Shown one piece after another: positions 62,353 to 64,000 of a stretch of 64,000 nt of DNA (position 1 is the stretch's first letter; each line of letters opens with the position of its first letter). The notes below the pieces were generated by a model that saw only the letters and a list, made by a program, of their open reading frames with translations, was not told the DNA's origin and ran no database searches. Source of the stretch: Selaginella moellendorffii. Taxonomy: Eukaryota > Plantae > Lycopodiophyta. The stretch lies in assembly GCF_000143415.4 (NCBI RefSeq), contig NW_003314287.1:1014203-1078202 (forward strand). Reading direction: 5' to 3'. The position numbers were made by a program, and so were the translations under genes.

Positions 62353-63012
62353 TTTCTCTTTGGAGCAACGGAAGATTCTGTACAAGAACTTTGCTTCATC
62401 TTTGCAAAGTTTGGGTTTTTTTCTTCTGGAGATCAAAATCCATTCTAAAAGCACATAAGCAGTAGCATTTTTGTGGTCGACCTCAAAATGTGGCAACATA
62501 ATCAAAGCACCGGAATTTTGTCTCTTGGACGGTTTTAATGTTAGTGAACGACAGAATGATGGTCTTGCAGCTTCTCTCGAATGCAGTGCTTCGAAGGAGA
62601 GTCACAGATTCCAAGCTCTCGGGCTTCCATAGCAGTGATCCAGGCTGCAGCGGACAAAGCAGCCTTGGCAGCGGAAAAAACGCTTGCGAGAGAGCATGCT
62701 CCAAGAAGGAGTTCGTCCAAACGCCCGATGCAGATGCAGAGCCAGTTTGGTAGTTTGCGAACCAGATTGACAAGCGGATGGTGGAGAGCCTTGAAGTGAC
62801 TTGGATGTCCACAACAGCTGACGCTTGGTTTGCTTTTTTTTTAAAAAAAAAATTATTATGACTATTCCTGCTTTTGTATATATTATATCTTTTATCCATA
62901 TATGATCTATTAGTTTCTTATTACATGTATTGTTTTTTATTATTTGTATTTCTCCATTATTGTTTGAAATGGTTTTGCTTCTTTTTTTTGATAGTTAATA
63001 TTAAACTCTCCT

Positions 63013-64000
63013 TGTGAGGGCCAAGTGTACGGTTACGATGCCGTATACTAATATTAGCGTAGTGGGATTTTGGTAGTCGTCGGATTGGTTTCAATCTGGA
63101 TCACTCGCTTCTGTATATAAACTAGGGTTTTTGGGCTAATTAATATGCACATTTCTGTATTCCCTTTCCATATTCCAAGCACTCACATTGGTGGAGGTGA
63201 GGAGCACCTTTGATTGTCCCTGAGGAGTGCTTGGATTTGGGATTTTGGTTTAGATCTAGCTTTTGCATTGTCTAAATCTAGTTTTTTCCATTTCCTTCTT
63301 TTTGTTCTTTCCTTTCAGGATTTTGGTTTAGATCTAGCTTTTTGCATTGTCTAGATCTACCATTTCCTTCTAGCTTTTTGTCATTTCTCTTCTTTTGCTC
63401 TTTCTTTTTCATTTGTCTCCATGGCAGATTAGCAATCTCCTCCTTTGACTCTCGAGCAGCAGTTGGTCCAATTGCTTGATGGTATGCACTTGCAATTGAA
63501 CAACCAAACTCAATTGATGGCGGCATTCACGACACGTAGTCCAACTCCTCCTACTCTTGGTGCCAATCCTTGCGTTCGGCCAGAGTTCTTTCGTGGGAAT
63601 CCTGGGGATGATGTGTACCATTGGTTCGATCACTTCACGGTGATTGCCACATATCATTCTTGGGATGATGCTTGACAGTTGCGTGAGTTTCCCACGTGTC
63701 TCCAAGGGACAGCATTGCAGTGGTACAATGGTTTGAGCGCAGCCACTGGTGGGGATTGGAGTGTTCTCCTGGACATCTTCAAACGTGCCTTCGGACATGC
63801 CGATGATTGTGATGATGCTTTCTAACAATTGCATCGTCTTCGCCAAAGGCCATCTGAGTCGGTAATGCAATTTGGCGTTCGTTTCCGAAGTCTTTTGCTT
63901 CGTGCGGAGCCAAATATGTCGGAGCGGATCAAGCTAGGAATGTTGTGGCCAGCACTTCGTCAAGATCTTGTCGGACTTGTGCATGCACTTGCTCCTGCCA
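63013..64000 (+). mobile_element. 5' end of a second (decayed) Ty3/Gypsy-type LTR retrotransposon: short LTR, PBS, gag
   Basis: Candidate LTR 63013-63187 bounded by tgtgag...ctcaca with internal TATATAA; PBS 'tggtggaggtg' at 63189; gag from 63421 ('PEFFRG...VYHWF...LQGTALQWY...W..L...F...F...LRQ...ESV..F..RF..L') with premature stops. Confidence 0.85.

Noticed and set aside
62308-62899. Overlapping short ORFs between the TlyA-like gene and the LTR element
   Set aside because: No recognisable domain or consistent splice structure. It could be a decayed gene, but I cannot support that.
1-64000. CRISPR arrays, rRNA, tRNA genes, prokaryotic operons or defence systems
   Set aside because: None were seen. 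The sequence is intron-rich plant nuclear DNA, and the repeats lack a repeat-spacer architecture.

Overview
This is eukaryotic nuclear DNA from a compact land-plant genome. Mostly 50-70 nt GT-AG introns, roughly one gene per 3.5 kb, a MIR536 locus and a Tcn1-like chromovirus point to a lycophyte, most likely Selaginella (inference). About 17 apparently intact genes are present: a small membrane protein, an SWO1/G2484-1-like Agenet protein, GAPN/ALDH11, a BRCT-RING-PHD protein, P4-ATPase ALA1, a TRM/LONGIFOLIA-family protein, an organellar DEAD-box helicase, FAM32A, OEP61/TPR7, a Gly-rich PDF1-like wall protein, exportin-T (PAUSED), coatomer zeta, two GT92/DUF23 glycosyltransferases, PLMT, two DUF248/PMT methyltransferases and a TlyA-like rRNA methyltransferase. 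There are also a miR536 precursor, macrodomain and F-box pseudogenes, a decayed Ty3/Gypsy chromovirus with both LTRs and a nested insert, and the 5' end of a second LTR element. The most notable observations are: (i) a self-priming (tRNA-independent) signature in the chromovirus; (ii) two genes (GAPN and a macrodomain pseudogene) each flanked by diverged direct duplications of neighbouring sequence, suggesting gene insertion with flank duplication; (iii) a tight Golgi/pectin-type GT92 + PMT gene block; (iv) unannotated hairpins. All assignments come from reading motifs by eye, and exon boundaries are hand-derived.
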